The notes under the pieces were generated by a model, which was given only the letters and a program-made list of their open reading frames with translations, did no database searches and was not told the origin of the DNA. A stretch of DNA of 52,330 nt from a virus. Taxonomy: Duplodnaviria > Caudoviricetes. The stretch is taken from positions 1 to 52,330 of IMG/VR virus record IMGVR_UViG_3300030385_001830. The stretch is one strand, 5' to 3'. Shown in pieces: positions 8,715 through 19,360 of the stretch. The position numbers and the translations under genes are program-made. Within the stretch, counting starts at the first letter, position 1. Each line of letters begins with the position of its first letter.

Positions 8715-11700
8715 TGGCACTTCCAGGACAATCCGCAGAGTATTATCAAGACCTCGAGTTTTACAGTGCATGGCAAAATGCTGTAAATCCCGGACAAGCC
8801 CCTACGATTGGGGGAGAGAATTTAAGTGATCCTGCCTTTTTAGCGTGGAAACAACAACAAGGTATTGGGGTAGCACCCCAAGAAGAGCCAATCTTACCGC
8901 AGCCACAACCCCAACTTGGCGGCGACTATCTTTATGATGTGGCTGGAACCAGACATGACGTACAACCCGGATGGACAAATAGCACTGTAGCTTCGTATTT
9001 AGCTGATGGGACGTTGACTCCGGAGGAATCGGCTGGTATTCGGGGGCTTTTGGAATCTAGTTCGGACGAAGGCAAAGCGGCAATTATGGGTACGTTTGGA
9101 GCCTTTGACCCAGAGTTTAGAGCACAATTTGACCAACAAGTTTCGCTCAACCCAGTGCCGATGCCACCACCAGACGAAGTTATAGACGATTTCCCTACTA
9201 TGCCGCCACCACCCGGACAAGATGTCCCTATTATGCCGCCACCACCCGGACAAGATGTCCCTACTATGCCGCAACCTCAATTTGATCCGGGAACTCCTCC
9301 TCCTCCCACAATTAATATGCCGCCACCGATAAGTTCATGCCCATCTCCAGAAACTCTTATTAGATTAAAGGATGGAGAGACTCCAGCGGGTGAGTTAAAG
9401 GTAGGTGATTTAGTACATACCCAACATGAGGAAACTCTGGAATGGGGCCAGTGGCCTGTTACTTATGTTGAGCTTATTGAGGACCAACCACGCTTAAAAC
9501 TGGGTTTTTGTGATAATAACAATAAAGAGCAGGAAATTCTTTGTTCTTGGTCGCATAAGTTTTATGTAGACGGCAAGAAGTGGGTTAAAGCCGAAGATAT
9601 GAAGATAGGTGATGTCGTAAACGGAAGGGCGTTGCATGGTGTTAGATGGTGGAGTGATGGTGATGTTGTAAAGATTACGGTAGACGAGGCTCATACTTAT
9701 GTAGCAGCAGGTTTGTTATCACATAACAAGACGCCTAAACGCCCGCGTGGACCTCCTCCTCCACAAAACCTACAGGAAGCAATAGCCCAAAATGGTAAGT
9801 TGGGAGGAGCGCGTTGGTTACATGGTCAAGGACAACCTATTCCTCCCGAGTTACAAAAGGCTGCGTTTGCGGAAGCCTCATATAAGGGTATGCAAGCAGA
9901 GCAACTGGAAGATATGTTTGATATGCCACGGGGGACGGCCTACGCTTTTGCTAATGAGATGGGCGTACCTCAATTATTTCATCAAAGAGGAACACCACCA
10001 CAAAGAGCTGAATACGAAGCTAGAATTGCGACAGAGAGAGCAGAAGACGCCAAGTGGCAGCAACAAGTAGCAGCCGCAGCAGCTAAAGGACAGGATATTA
10101 GTAATTTCCGCCCAGTTGCTATGAGTCCGCAACCAGAACCTCGGACGCCTCCTGTCCCCAAATACCCAGGAGGAGGGCCACAGAGTATAGGGCATGCTTA
10201 TAGGACGTATGGGGCGTTGGGTGCAGCTAGATGGGCTAATGAGCAGGGGTTAGATATTCCTTCTGGGTTGCAAGTTGAAGCGTTTAAGGAAGCAGGAGCC
10301 ACTGGTATAAGTGAGAGCCAAATTGAAAAAATGTTTGGTTTGCCAGCGGGGGCAGCGGCACAATTTGCCAAGAGTAACGCTATTCCGGCATTACCGGGGG
10401 TATACTCACCCCCGACAGGGGGCATAGGAAACCTTCCTGGAATTCCACCAATAGGAACGCAAGGAACAGCAACCACAACAACACAACGCCCGTCTATTAC
10501 CTATGTAGATCCTGTTACTGGATTACCAACCCATGAGCCTCCGGCAGTAGGGGCTGGTAATCCTATGACTGATGCTTTAAACATTATAAATAGCGGAGGA
10601 CAGCCAACCCCAGAACAACAAATTGCTGCGTTTGAACACGCACGTAAATCAGGAACATCTGCTGCCACTTTTGAGCAGTTGTTTGGTGTTCCTGCGGGAA
10701 CTGCTGCTAGAGTTGCAGCAGAATTGGGAATTGATAATTTATCTACAGCACCCGCAGGGGGACAAACGACTACTATTACAGCCGGTGGAGGACAGATTAT
10801 ACCACCAGCGGTAACGCCAGCAACGGGTATAGGAACCCTTACACAAACAGGAACGCCAGCAGCGGTAACGCCAGCAGCGGTAACGCCAGCAGCGGTAACG
10901 CCAGCAGCGGTAACGCCAGCAGCGGTAACGCCAGCAGCGGGTATAGGAACCCTTACACAAACAGCGGGAGTAGGACCTACCGCCGGGGTAGCGCAAACTA
11001 TTGCCGCTAACATAGCCAATACTGTAACGAACCAACAAGGCGGTTTGGGAAGTTTAAGCCCAACACAAGTTGCCGGTGGAGTAGGTACTACAGAAGGTGC
11101 TGTTGCTCTTGGTGCAGATGGACAACCAGTAGTTACTGATGGATCTATTGACACATACGGAATCCCGGGAGCAACCACGGGAGCAGGAACCACAACCACT
11201 ATTGGTGGAACAACCGCCGCAGGAACAACCGCCGCAGGAACAACCGCCGCAGGGGGTTTAGGCTCACTTGCTAGTCTTGTAAACAAATTTAAAACTACTG
11301 GAAATTTAAGCCAGAGTGAACTCCAAAACCTTATTGGCATGGCACGGTCACAGGGCGTTAGTGCCAATGAACTTGCAAACATGGCAGGAGTACCAGTAGA
11401 GACTGTAACAACCAGTTTACAGGCCCAAGGATATGCAGCAGATTACTTGGCAGGAGGACAAAAAACTCTGGTTCCAGGAAGCACCAGCGTAACTACTCCC
11501 AGTGATGCCACTACAACCATTACCAGAGAATCCCCAGAAATTGAGGCAAGAAAACTTGGTGTAATAGACCTTGCTAAACAGTTAGCTTCTCAAGAACCCA
11601 CTGGAGGGCTTCCTCCGGAACAGGTGGCGGCACTTTCCCCGTTAGAAAGATCTGCTTACCAAGCTACAGTAGACAGCTTTGGCGGGTTTTTACCGGCGGT

Positions 11701-13003
11701 ACAACAGGGCTATCAAACAGTAGGTACAGGGCTACGCGCTCTTACTGACCTTTATGGCAATAGGCTACCTACGGCAGATGCCAGTATTCGGGGGGCGGTG
11801 CAGGGTTATGATCCTTTTGTTGCACAGGGCATAGGGGCATTAGGACAAGGTAGACAATTAGTAACTGACGTAGTACAGGGAGCGCAGCCCTATTTAGCAG
11901 AGTCTGGTCAATATGGCAGAGATGCCGCAGGATTTGGAATAGGTAGTTATGCCGATGCTATGAAAAAAGCAAGGGGGGCTAAGGGCAGGGCATATAGAGC
12001 AGGTGATATAGGCTTGGCAAGTGCGGCAAGTGGAATGCGCCAGTTGGCGGGAACAGGGGATCAATATGACCCTTACTCTACAATGTCCTATATGAACCCG
12101 TATGAGCAACAGGTTATTGATGCTGCAATGGGTGATATAAGGCGTGAAGGTAATAAGCAATTAATGGCACAAAGAGCGCAAGCGGTAGGAGCAGGAGCCT
12201 TTGGGGGTTCACGTGCAGCTTTGGCAGAAAGTGAGCTCAACCGTAATATCATGGAGCAACAGGCTAAAACATCAGCGAATTTAAGGGCACAGGGCTATAC
12301 CCAAGCACAGGCTAACTCCATGGCTTCGTTTGAAGCTTCTCAGAGGCGTCGCCAGCAAGGTGCCCAGATGATGGGTAGCCTAGGAACACAGGGCGCACAA
12401 ACGTCTCTACAGGCCGCTCAACAAGCCCAAACAGGGGCTATACAGGGTGGACAGCTAGGGGGCCAAACCGCCGGAGGAATTAGAGACACAGGTACCTTGC
12501 TCGGTAATTTAGGCACAGGCTATGGACAGCTTGGTATGCAAGGCGCAGAAATCTATGGCCGACAAGCAGGGTTGCTCGGCCAGTTGGGTGAGTCCCGCGC
12601 TAACCTTGGTTTGCGTGGCGTACAACAGTATGGCGATGTTACTAAACAGGGCGTTGCAATGGCAGATTTGGCACGGCAGTACGGATTAAATCAAGCCGAA
12701 TTAGGGCAAGTAGGCCAAACCATGAATATAAGAGACCTAGCAACATTAGAAGCTGCTGGTGGTCGCTTGAGACAGCAGGAGCAAACCCAACTAGATGTAG
12801 CAAGACAGAACAAGTTACAAGATATTTATGAACCGTATCAGCGTATTGGATTCATGAGCGATGTGTTACGTGGAGCTCCCAGCACTCAAATGCAGCTTAC
12901 TAAAAACTACACACAGCAACCCAGTCGTGCTGCTCAGGCCATTGGGGGCATAGGTAGTTTAGTTTCCACTGCTGCTGGGGCTAAACAGGCTAATATTATT
13001 TAA
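8714..13003 (+). CDS. Large internal virion / ejection protein with a Hint domain and internal repeats
   Basis: 1429 aa; C-terminal YMNPYEQQVIDAAM and AGAFGGSR motifs of podophage ejection proteins; Hint domain at aa 209-338. Confidence 0.65.
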   Translation: MALPGQSAEYYQDLEFYSAWQNAVNPGQAPTIGGENLSDPAFLAWKQQQGIGVAPQEEPILPQPQPQLGGDYLYDVAGTRHDVQPGWTNSTVASYLADGTLTPEESAGIRGLLESSSDEGKAAIMGTFGAFDPEFRAQFDQQVSLNPVPMPPPDEVIDDFPTMPPPPGQDVPIMPPPPGQDVPTMPQPQFDPGTPPPPTINMPPPISSCPSPETLIRLKDGETPAGELKVGDLVHTQHEETLEWGQWPVTYVELIEDQPRLKLGFCDNNNKEQEILCSWSHKFYVDGKKWVKAEDMKIGDVVNGRALHGVRWWSDGDVVKITVDEAHTYVAAGLLSHNKTPKRPRGPPPPQNLQEAIAQNGKLGGARWLHGQGQPIPPELQKAAFAEASYKGMQAEQLEDMFDMPRGTAYAFANEMGVPQLFHQRGTPPQRAEYEARIATERAEDAKWQQQVAAAAAKGQDISNFRPVAMSPQPEPRTPPVPKYPGGGPQSIGHAYRTYGALGAARWANEQGLDIPSGLQVEAFKEAGATGISESQIEKMFGLPAGAAAQFAKSNAIPALPGVYSPPTGGIGNLPGIPPIGTQGTATTTTQRPSITYVDPVTGLPTHEPPAVGAGNPMTDALNIINSGGQPTPEQQIAAFEHARKSGTSAATFEQLFGVPAGTAARVAAELGIDNLSTAPAGGQTTTITAGGGQIIPPAVTPATGIGTLTQTGTPAAVTPAAVTPAAVTPAAVTPAAVTPAAGIGTLTQTAGVGPTAGVAQTIAANIANTVTNQQGGLGSLSPTQVAGGVGTTEGAVALGADGQPVVTDGSIDTYGIPGATTGAGTTTTIGGTTAAGTTAAGTTAAGGLGSLASLVNKFKTTGNLSQSELQNLIGMARSQGVSANELANMAGVPVETVTTSLQAQGYAADYLAGGQKTLVPGSTSVTTPSDATTTITRESPEIEARKLGVIDLAKQLASQEPTGGLPPEQVAALSPLERSAYQATVDSFGGFLPAVQQGYQTVGTGLRALTDLYGNRLPTADASIRGAVQGYDPFVAQGIGALGQGRQLVTDVVQGAQPYLAESGQYGRDAAGFGIGSYADAMKKARGAKGRAYRAGDIGLASAASGMRQLAGTGDQYDPYSTMSYMNPYEQQVIDAAMGDIRREGNKQLMAQRAQAVGAGAFGGSRAALAESELNRNIMEQQAKTSANLRAQGYTQAQANSMASFEASQRRRQQGAQMMGSLGTQGAQTSLQAAQQAQTGAIQGGQLGGQTAGGIRDTGTLLGNLGTGYGQLGMQGAEIYGRQAGLLGQLGESRANLGLRGVQQYGDVTKQGVAMADLARQYGLNQAELGQVGQTMNIRDLATLEAAGGRLRQQEQTQLDVARQNKLQDIYEPYQRIGFMSDVLRGAPSTQMQLTKNYTQQPSRAAQAIGGIGSLVSTAAGAKQANII
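9194..9272 (+). repeat. 33-bp coding tandem repeat (PTMPPPPGQDV), about 2.4 copies
   Basis: CCTA(C/T)TATGCCGCCACCACCCGGACAAGATGTC is repeated. Confidence 0.9.
9338..9727 (+). other. Hint (intein-like) domain, 130 aa, no endonuclease
   Basis: Begins CPSPETLI..ELKVGDLV, has a block-B-like CSWSHKF and WVKAEDMKIGD, and ends ITVDEAHTYVAAGLLSHN followed by K. Confidence 0.85.
10853..10940 (+). repeat. 15-bp coding tandem repeat (TPAAV), 5 full copies plus a partial
   Basis: ACGCCAGCAGCGGTA units, flanked by the direct repeat CGGGTATAGGAACCCTTACACAAACAG (10824-10850 and 10938-10964). Confidence 0.95.
11207..11251 (+). repeat. 15-bp coding tandem repeat (GTTAA) x3
   Basis: GGAACAACCGCCGCA x3. Confidence 0.9.
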
Positions 13004-13013
13004 GGAGAGCGTC

Positions 13014-13217
13014 ATGGTAAAAAGAGTCATTTACGGTAAAAAGCCACCTAACCCCCCTAAACCGGTCACAGTAGAATATATTAAAGACCAAGGGGAAGTG
13101 TTCTTACCGTATGAGTATGATGTAAAAACTCCCAATGTTTCAAAACCCAAAGCCACTAAAGGCAAAAGCCGTGGAAAAGGGGCAATGTTACGTGGGACAA
13201 GTTTCACAATCACCTAG
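13014..13217 (+). CDS. Small basic hypothetical protein
   Basis: AAGGAG RBS; C-terminal SRGKGAMLRGTSF. Confidence 0.65.
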   Translation: MVKRVIYGKKPPNPPKPVTVEYIKDQGEVFLPYEYDVKTPNVSKPKATKGKSRGKGAMLRGTSFTIT

Positions 13218-13225
13218 GAATAAAC

Positions 13226-15835
13226 ATGGCTAGAAAAGACGTTTTGAAGCGTTCTATGTTCCAGATGGGTGGAGAGGCAATTGGGGCACCCCCGCCTATG
13301 GCCCCACCGCCGATGGGGGGAGGGATTGTGGAAGGCTTGGGATTAGATATCCCTGATGCAATGCCTACCGCTGCTCCCCCTACACCTTCTCCTGCTGAAC
13401 AACAAACAATTACCGGCGGGATTGAGTCATTGACAGGAATGCTTGACCAAATTGAAGGAGCCGGTGATACCCAGTCCTTAATCAACGCCATGCGCGGTGA
13501 TGAAAAAACAGTGGACGAAAGGTATACCGAACTAGCCAAGTATGTAGGGCGGAAAGATGCCACGGCTACACCGGAATCAGTGCTTACTTTGGTACAGCCC
13601 ACCTTTGAGTTATTAGACCAAGCCGAAGGGGGAGGGGGAGGATTAGGGTTAGGGGTGCCAAGTGACATTTTAGGGCCGTCTGCACCACCCCCAGTAGAAG
13701 AAACAATGTCCCTTACTGAAACCGAAACAATTACTGAGCCAGTGCAAGGTTTTCAGTGGGGAGGTTTTGCTGCAAAAAAGTCTAATACCCCTGTGTATCG
13801 CCAAGATGGAAGTCCGTACACAGGGGAAGTTGCTCCATTTGTTATGCAGGGGGTACCAAACCCTTACGTAGAAACACCAGATGCTTTATCTCGCGCACAA
13901 GAATTTCAACAGCAATACCCACTAACATCCAAGTATAACTTGCTAGGGGCAGAACAAGATGCGCTGCATGAATATAACCTTCCTTCTAATATAGCAGCTC
14001 GTCAAATAGCTGGAACTGATTCCTATCAAGACATAGTATTTGAAGGAAGCAGCTTGGCTAATGTTCCAGAACACCTCACCCAAGTAGGTTTAAAAGACAC
14101 TATAGCTGAAGGCCTCGTGGCTCCTCAAGATGCGAAGATGCTCATGGGCACATCCATGGAACTGGCTGAAGATGAAGGTCTTTTTGCTACAGACACCACT
14201 ACAGACATACAAAATAGATTAAATGCCCTGTTGGGGCCAAGTAAAGAAGTAGAAAAAACTCCTGAACAACTGCTCAAAGAAAGACAAGACTTTATAGGAT
14301 TACCAGAGGATAAAGGAGCAGCGGCTTTTGCCCTAGCAGAAGCATTTGGCACACTGGCAACAACTCCTGGACCAATATTACAGGGCATGGCTGCAATGGG
14401 TAAAGAGCTCGCCCCCAAGTTGGCAGAAATAGGGAGAGAGAAAAGCGTACTGGAATATCAAGCTAAAAACCTAGCCTTTGATGAATATAAAGCCTTAAAG
14501 GAAAGAATACGATTAGATGACAGGGGTATTGCCGAAAAAGCATTTGACATGAGTCAAAGTAATATTGAAGGCAATAGGAGCTTTAAACAAAATCTATTAG
14601 CAAATGCCCTGCAAGAAGCTGCCATGCAGTCTCGTACTCATCAGGAACTTATGACACACATAAGAGAACTCTCAATTACCCTTGGTATGGATTGGTCAAC
14701 AGAAACTATGAAGGTTCTAGCCAAAACGTATGAACCTATGTTGACGCCAGAGTATGATAAGGCAGGAAGAGAATTTAGATGGATTCCAGATGTAGAAATG
14801 GGTGGCCTTAAAAAGATATATTCAGGGTTTATGGGAGAAGATGGTGCGGTTATACGAGCTGGCCCTAACAGGATAACCGCAGCTGATCCTAGTTATGTTG
14901 CTCCTGCAGAAGGAGCTACCGCTGTGGCAGATGTTGGCACTTGGCCGGAAGCATCTCTAAACAACCTTAGAACAAGACTATTTGAACGGGATCAAGCCAT
15001 AGCCGAGGGAAACTCTATAATGAGGGATATGGCTAAACTACCAACTGGGCCAGGATCTACCTTAAAGAGCTTTTCTACCAATACCCTTGGTGCATTTGGA
15101 GTAGACGAGTATGCCACGTTTATAGGTAATTCCGCCAATAAAGCCCGTGTAAGAGAATGGATAAGAATGTATATTGCGGCTGAAGCATTAAGTGACCGCT
15201 ATGCAATGGGCGAGCAAAAACTAATCGGAGAGATTCCTGATATAGATCAAGAATTTTTCAATGACCCAGAAGCTGGTTTTGCTAGACTTAAGACCCTTGT
15301 AACAGGCATGATTAACACTAACGAGTTTGATCACGCTCTGTTAGAGGGTAGAGCTCCGGGACGTATAGAACATCAAGCCAGTGCAACCCGTAATGATCCA
15401 ATGGATTGGGACAAGCCATCAGTGAGAGCTACTATAGGTCTTATGGAAGAACAAGGTAGAACATGGTCTGGATGGATAGAAATGACACCAGATCAAGCCA
15501 CTGTACAAAACCCAAGAATTAACCCTAATGGGTTACAAAGAATGGAAGAAGTAGCAGCAGTATTTGACCCAGAAAGTGTTTTGGGTAAAGAAATCCGCAG
15601 TAGAGAAGGTTTTATAAAACCCACTTTGGATATTAGTTTATATGAGGGTTTTAGAGAAAAAGGCAATAATGTATATACACAGCTGAAACTACGCCCACCA
15701 GCAAAAGAAGGGGATTATAGTAGGATAGAATTTACCGATATGGCTTCATCCTTAGCCACCCCTCTAGATGTAGAGTTGGCATGGGACAATCAACGCCGAT
15801 ACATCTTAGGGGGCCTTTTTCCTATATCTTTTTAA
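13226..15835 (+). CDS. Putative internal virion protein
   Basis: 869 aa, helical; INAMRGDE..RYTELAKYVG..DATATPESVLTLVQP motif; structural operon context. Confidence 0.55.
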   Translation: MARKDVLKRSMFQMGGEAIGAPPPMAPPPMGGGIVEGLGLDIPDAMPTAAPPTPSPAEQQTITGGIESLTGMLDQIEGAGDTQSLINAMRGDEKTVDERYTELAKYVGRKDATATPESVLTLVQPTFELLDQAEGGGGGLGLGVPSDILGPSAPPPVEETMSLTETETITEPVQGFQWGGFAAKKSNTPVYRQDGSPYTGEVAPFVMQGVPNPYVETPDALSRAQEFQQQYPLTSKYNLLGAEQDALHEYNLPSNIAARQIAGTDSYQDIVFEGSSLANVPEHLTQVGLKDTIAEGLVAPQDAKMLMGTSMELAEDEGLFATDTTTDIQNRLNALLGPSKEVEKTPEQLLKERQDFIGLPEDKGAAAFALAEAFGTLATTPGPILQGMAAMGKELAPKLAEIGREKSVLEYQAKNLAFDEYKALKERIRLDDRGIAEKAFDMSQSNIEGNRSFKQNLLANALQEAAMQSRTHQELMTHIRELSITLGMDWSTETMKVLAKTYEPMLTPEYDKAGREFRWIPDVEMGGLKKIYSGFMGEDGAVIRAGPNRITAADPSYVAPAEGATAVADVGTWPEASLNNLRTRLFERDQAIAEGNSIMRDMAKLPTGPGSTLKSFSTNTLGAFGVDEYATFIGNSANKARVREWIRMYIAAEALSDRYAMGEQKLIGEIPDIDQEFFNDPEAGFARLKTLVTGMINTNEFDHALLEGRAPGRIEHQASATRNDPMDWDKPSVRATIGLMEEQGRTWSGWIEMTPDQATVQNPRINPNGLQRMEEVAAVFDPESVLGKEIRSREGFIKPTLDISLYEGFREKGNNVYTQLKLRPPAKEGDYSRIEFTDMASSLATPLDVELAWDNQRRYILGGLFPISF

Positions 15836-15850
15836 GAGAATTATAACTAG

Positions 15851-18800
15851 ATGCCTATTATTCCCCACACCCCTGAAGAGCTAGCGGCAAGAGAAAGACG
15901 CTTCCCTGAAGGTGGGACTGGATTTCCTTTACAAACAATTATAGGCGACCCCCGTTTAGTAGCTCCTCCCGAAGAAAGGACAACGGCTACTTTTGACCTT
16001 GGCTCAATGTCTCAAAAAGAGCAAAGAAGAGGTGGTGATTATAGTGCGTTAGGTTTAGGAGTACCTGGAGCATTAGCGCAAGATATAACAGGGGGTTTAT
16101 TAAAGGGATTGGCATTAATCCCCGATACCATTTTAAATTTAGCTCTGCGTGATGCAGAAAGAGACTTGGGACTAGAAAAAGGAACCTTTAGTCGTGATAA
16201 CCTAAAACGCCTCCTTGTTTCCGGTGATTATGAAGAAGCCGAACCTATGGTTGGTGGACTCCTGAAGTTCGGAAAAGGTGAAGAATTAGGAACAGGTAGT
16301 AAGGTAGGTGATATAGCAAGTGCTACAGCTGAGTTTGCCATATTAGCTCACCCCTTTGCCAAGGCGATAGGTGCAATGGCAAAAGCAAGTAAGGCAAGTC
16401 AAGCCGCCGCCGCTGGAACAACCACATTTAGATCCACTCAAGCTGCCGGTCCCGGAGGAGTAAGAATGGCTGTTCCCGCCTCTCCCGTTGACCCCCTTAC
16501 AGGAAGAGCAGTGGGAGTTGGGTTTGCACCAACTACCCTAACAGGTAAAGCAAAAGAAGCGATTCTTGCTCCCTACCGCAGAGACCCAAAATCAGCAACC
16601 CGTGTTGAAATGCTATTTGGTGGCCTTAGTGGGCTAGGGCTGGGAATAGACCAACAAGTATTTGGGGGGTCTGGAATAAAAGGTGCCTTGATAGGCCCAT
16701 TAGCTCCTATGGTCTTAGGGAGTATTTTTAAGATTGCCCCTACCCGCTGGATAGCTAATAAAGCAATGGCTCTAACTGGGGGGGTGGCAGATGATATGGC
16801 CTTTGCTAGAACAATGCACCAAGGCAAAGCCGTTGATGATCTTCTAAATTCAACCGACCCAAAACTTGTAGAAGCAAAACAGCTTTTAGCAAGAGAGCTC
16901 CAAAAAATAGCGGGAACCCCAACAGCAGAAGCTGAGTTGGCACGATCTCGATTAATACAAGAACAATTTGGGCATTTGTTTGATGAATTTGACGAAGTCG
17001 GTAAGATAGTAAAAGAAGGTACTGTTCCTTTATCCGTTGCAGCAATGCTAAACGACCCTATCTTAATTCAAAAGACCCAAATAGCTATTGCTCAAGGAGG
17101 AGCAGATGCTTACCGTGCAGAACTAGCTATAGTTGATGATATGTTAGAGAAAATTAAAACTCAAATCTATAAAGATTATGAGATAGGACTAACAAGTGCA
17201 GCAGGTGGAACGACTACCCGACCTAATTACATCATTAATGAATTAACTGATGAATATGATTCTTTAGCTTCTAGTAGTTTAACCCACGAAAACCAGTTGC
17301 AGACACAACTAGATGCAATAGCGGGAACCAGACTCAGCCAAAGTGAAAGAGTAGCAGCAGGAACAACGGTGCGTGAGCAACTAGACGCAGCGAAACGAAC
17401 AGCTATAAACCGAATGGAAGCAGAAGCTAATAGGATTGGTATTAATTCATCTGACCAAGTTGCTGCGGTAGATGATTTAAGACAATTTGGAATCTTTGTA
17501 ACAGACATAATGACTCCAGGACAAGGAAAGGAGAGTCTAACGTGGAAAACTATTATTAATCCACTTATTAAAGAATTTACACTTCATGCCCAAACCGGAA
17601 AACTATCATTACAAGATTGGAAAGCGTTTAGAGAAAAAATTGGAATAAATATTGGACATGCAGCCCGAGACGGAGCACACATAGAAGCTAATCAACTTAG
17701 ACTTTTTAACGATATGCTTGATGATTTTGTATCTGGCTCGGCAAAAGCTAAGAAAAATAGATTAGCACCTCCCGAATTACAACAGTTTGGAGTCCCGTCC
17801 TCACCTGCTTTAAGTGGAAAATACCAATATGGTGGAGCTAGTGGCGAGGATATTTTAAAGTACATAGATGACTACAAACGAGAAGTAATAGAACCTTTTA
17901 GCAATAATTATATTGCTCAATCAAACGCTAGGATTGGTGGCACAAAAGACGTTCCTGTTTATCAAACTCGTGCAGAAAATATAGCGGGTTCTTATTTAAC
18001 CCCCGAAGGCATAGATTCTTACATAAGGGTCTTTGGAAATAACACCGAGAGAATGAATGATGCGCGTAATGCCATGCGGGACAGAGCATTGGGTCAGGCG
18101 TATGATGGTAAAGGGAATTTAAAACTGCCAAAGTTAAAGACCTTCATTACAGATAATGATGATGTTCTAAGAAAGTTAAATTTATTCGATGAGCTTTCAG
18201 ATAATGTAACAGCCTACGATACTCTCAGCCAACGGTTAACAAAACAAACCGAGTTAAGTGAGGGCATTGCCAATAACAAATTAAAACTAATGCTGAATAG
18301 GTTTTCAGGAGACAATGCAGATCTCCTATTTCCTAAGCTATTTCAAAATACTGAGGCTATGAGAGAAGCATCAGGGATGATAGCTCAGGCAAATAATCCT
18401 GCTTTAACCAAAGCCTTTAATGCCAATGTAGTAGATGAAGCCTTAAAACGAGTTTATAAAGACGTATCTACAGATATTACAACAGACCCTTCTAAATTCT
18501 TAATGTGGATTAACAATGGAAGAAACAGGGCAAATCTAATAAGTGGGATTGGAGAAGAGGCTACTGACCGATTACAACTCCTCGCTGATTTTGCAGACAG
18601 GGCAAACTCTGTATTAAAAAAATCATCTGGGAAAGGAACAGGATTCATTAATGTAGGACAGTTAGCGGGAGCCGATGCCACCACTATTATCGACGCCATA
18701 AAAAACGCAACCGGAACCAGTATACCGGCGGCAACTGCTCGTTTTATTGCAGTACAAGAAGGCCGTATTGGTGGAAGAACAGCCTTAGTTTACTTTTTAG

Positions 18801-19360
18801 TAAGGGCACTTAACACTGGATCCACAGCCCGATACGATGCAGTAATGGCAGAAGCATTACGCAATCCCTCCTTTGCCAAACAATTACTCAAACAAGCCCC
18901 CACAGAAATGTTACCTAACAATCAAACAGGACTTCCTTTAGCCGGTCCCAGGAATGTTTTAGGAGATTTCCTGTTTAGAAGAGCGATGGGTGGTGGTTAT
19001 GCCGCAGGTATGAGCCAGTTAGAAACAAAAGCGGAAGAAACAGACCTTAATTTAGGGGCAGTTTCGCAACCAATTTTACCCCCTAGAACTCCTGACTCTG
19101 ACTTTCAATTTATAAATCCAACTGATCCACCAGTAAACCCTAGACCTCTTACCGTTCCTCCCACTAGCGGATTTGCGGGTGGGCCTCCTATGCCCTCTCC
19201 TCCCATTGGTATTGCCGGAGTTGCCTCCCAACAACCTGTAGAAGAAGAAGTTACTGAAACAACTTCCTTTTCCGAATTGTTTCCTTTTGACGCTACAGGC
19301 CAAGCTATCGCCAACCGCCGTAAACAAGAAGGCGGTGGTGGTTTAGGTTCCCTTGTCTAA
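15851..19360 (+). CDS. Putative internal virion / ejection protein
   Basis: 1169 aa, last gene of the structural operon; C-terminal FSELFPFD...GLGSLV. Confidence 0.55.
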   Translation: MPIIPHTPEELAARERRFPEGGTGFPLQTIIGDPRLVAPPEERTTATFDLGSMSQKEQRRGGDYSALGLGVPGALAQDITGGLLKGLALIPDTILNLALRDAERDLGLEKGTFSRDNLKRLLVSGDYEEAEPMVGGLLKFGKGEELGTGSKVGDIASATAEFAILAHPFAKAIGAMAKASKASQAAAAGTTTFRSTQAAGPGGVRMAVPASPVDPLTGRAVGVGFAPTTLTGKAKEAILAPYRRDPKSATRVEMLFGGLSGLGLGIDQQVFGGSGIKGALIGPLAPMVLGSIFKIAPTRWIANKAMALTGGVADDMAFARTMHQGKAVDDLLNSTDPKLVEAKQLLARELQKIAGTPTAEAELARSRLIQEQFGHLFDEFDEVGKIVKEGTVPLSVAAMLNDPILIQKTQIAIAQGGADAYRAELAIVDDMLEKIKTQIYKDYEIGLTSAAGGTTTRPNYIINELTDEYDSLASSSLTHENQLQTQLDAIAGTRLSQSERVAAGTTVREQLDAAKRTAINRMEAEANRIGINSSDQVAAVDDLRQFGIFVTDIMTPGQGKESLTWKTIINPLIKEFTLHAQTGKLSLQDWKAFREKIGINIGHAARDGAHIEANQLRLFNDMLDDFVSGSAKAKKNRLAPPELQQFGVPSSPALSGKYQYGGASGEDILKYIDDYKREVIEPFSNNYIAQSNARIGGTKDVPVYQTRAENIAGSYLTPEGIDSYIRVFGNNTERMNDARNAMRDRALGQAYDGKGNLKLPKLKTFITDNDDVLRKLNLFDELSDNVTAYDTLSQRLTKQTELSEGIANNKLKLMLNRFSGDNADLLFPKLFQNTEAMREASGMIAQANNPALTKAFNANVVDEALKRVYKDVSTDITTDPSKFLMWINNGRNRANLISGIGEEATDRLQLLADFADRANSVLKKSSGKGTGFINVGQLAGADATTIIDAIKNATGTSIPAATARFIAVQEGRIGGRTALVYFLVRALNTGSTARYDAVMAEALRNPSFAKQLLKQAPTEMLPNNQTGLPLAGPRNVLGDFLFRRAMGGGYAAGMSQLETKAEETDLNLGAVSQPILPPRTPDSDFQFINPTDPPVNPRPLTVPPTSGFAGGPPMPSPPIGIAGVASQQPVEEEVTETTSFSELFPFDATGQAIANRRKQEGGGGLGSLV

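Noticed and set aside
9338-9727. Canonical splicing intein or mobile homing element
   Set aside because: The +1 residue is Lys rather than Cys/Ser/Thr and there is no LAGLIDADG or HNH insert; kept as a cleavage-type Hint domain
10501-11382. 293-aa antisense ORF and the many other short antisense or shadow ORFs
   Set aside because: They mirror long Gly/Ala/Thr-rich sense genes and lack an RBS or recognisable motifs
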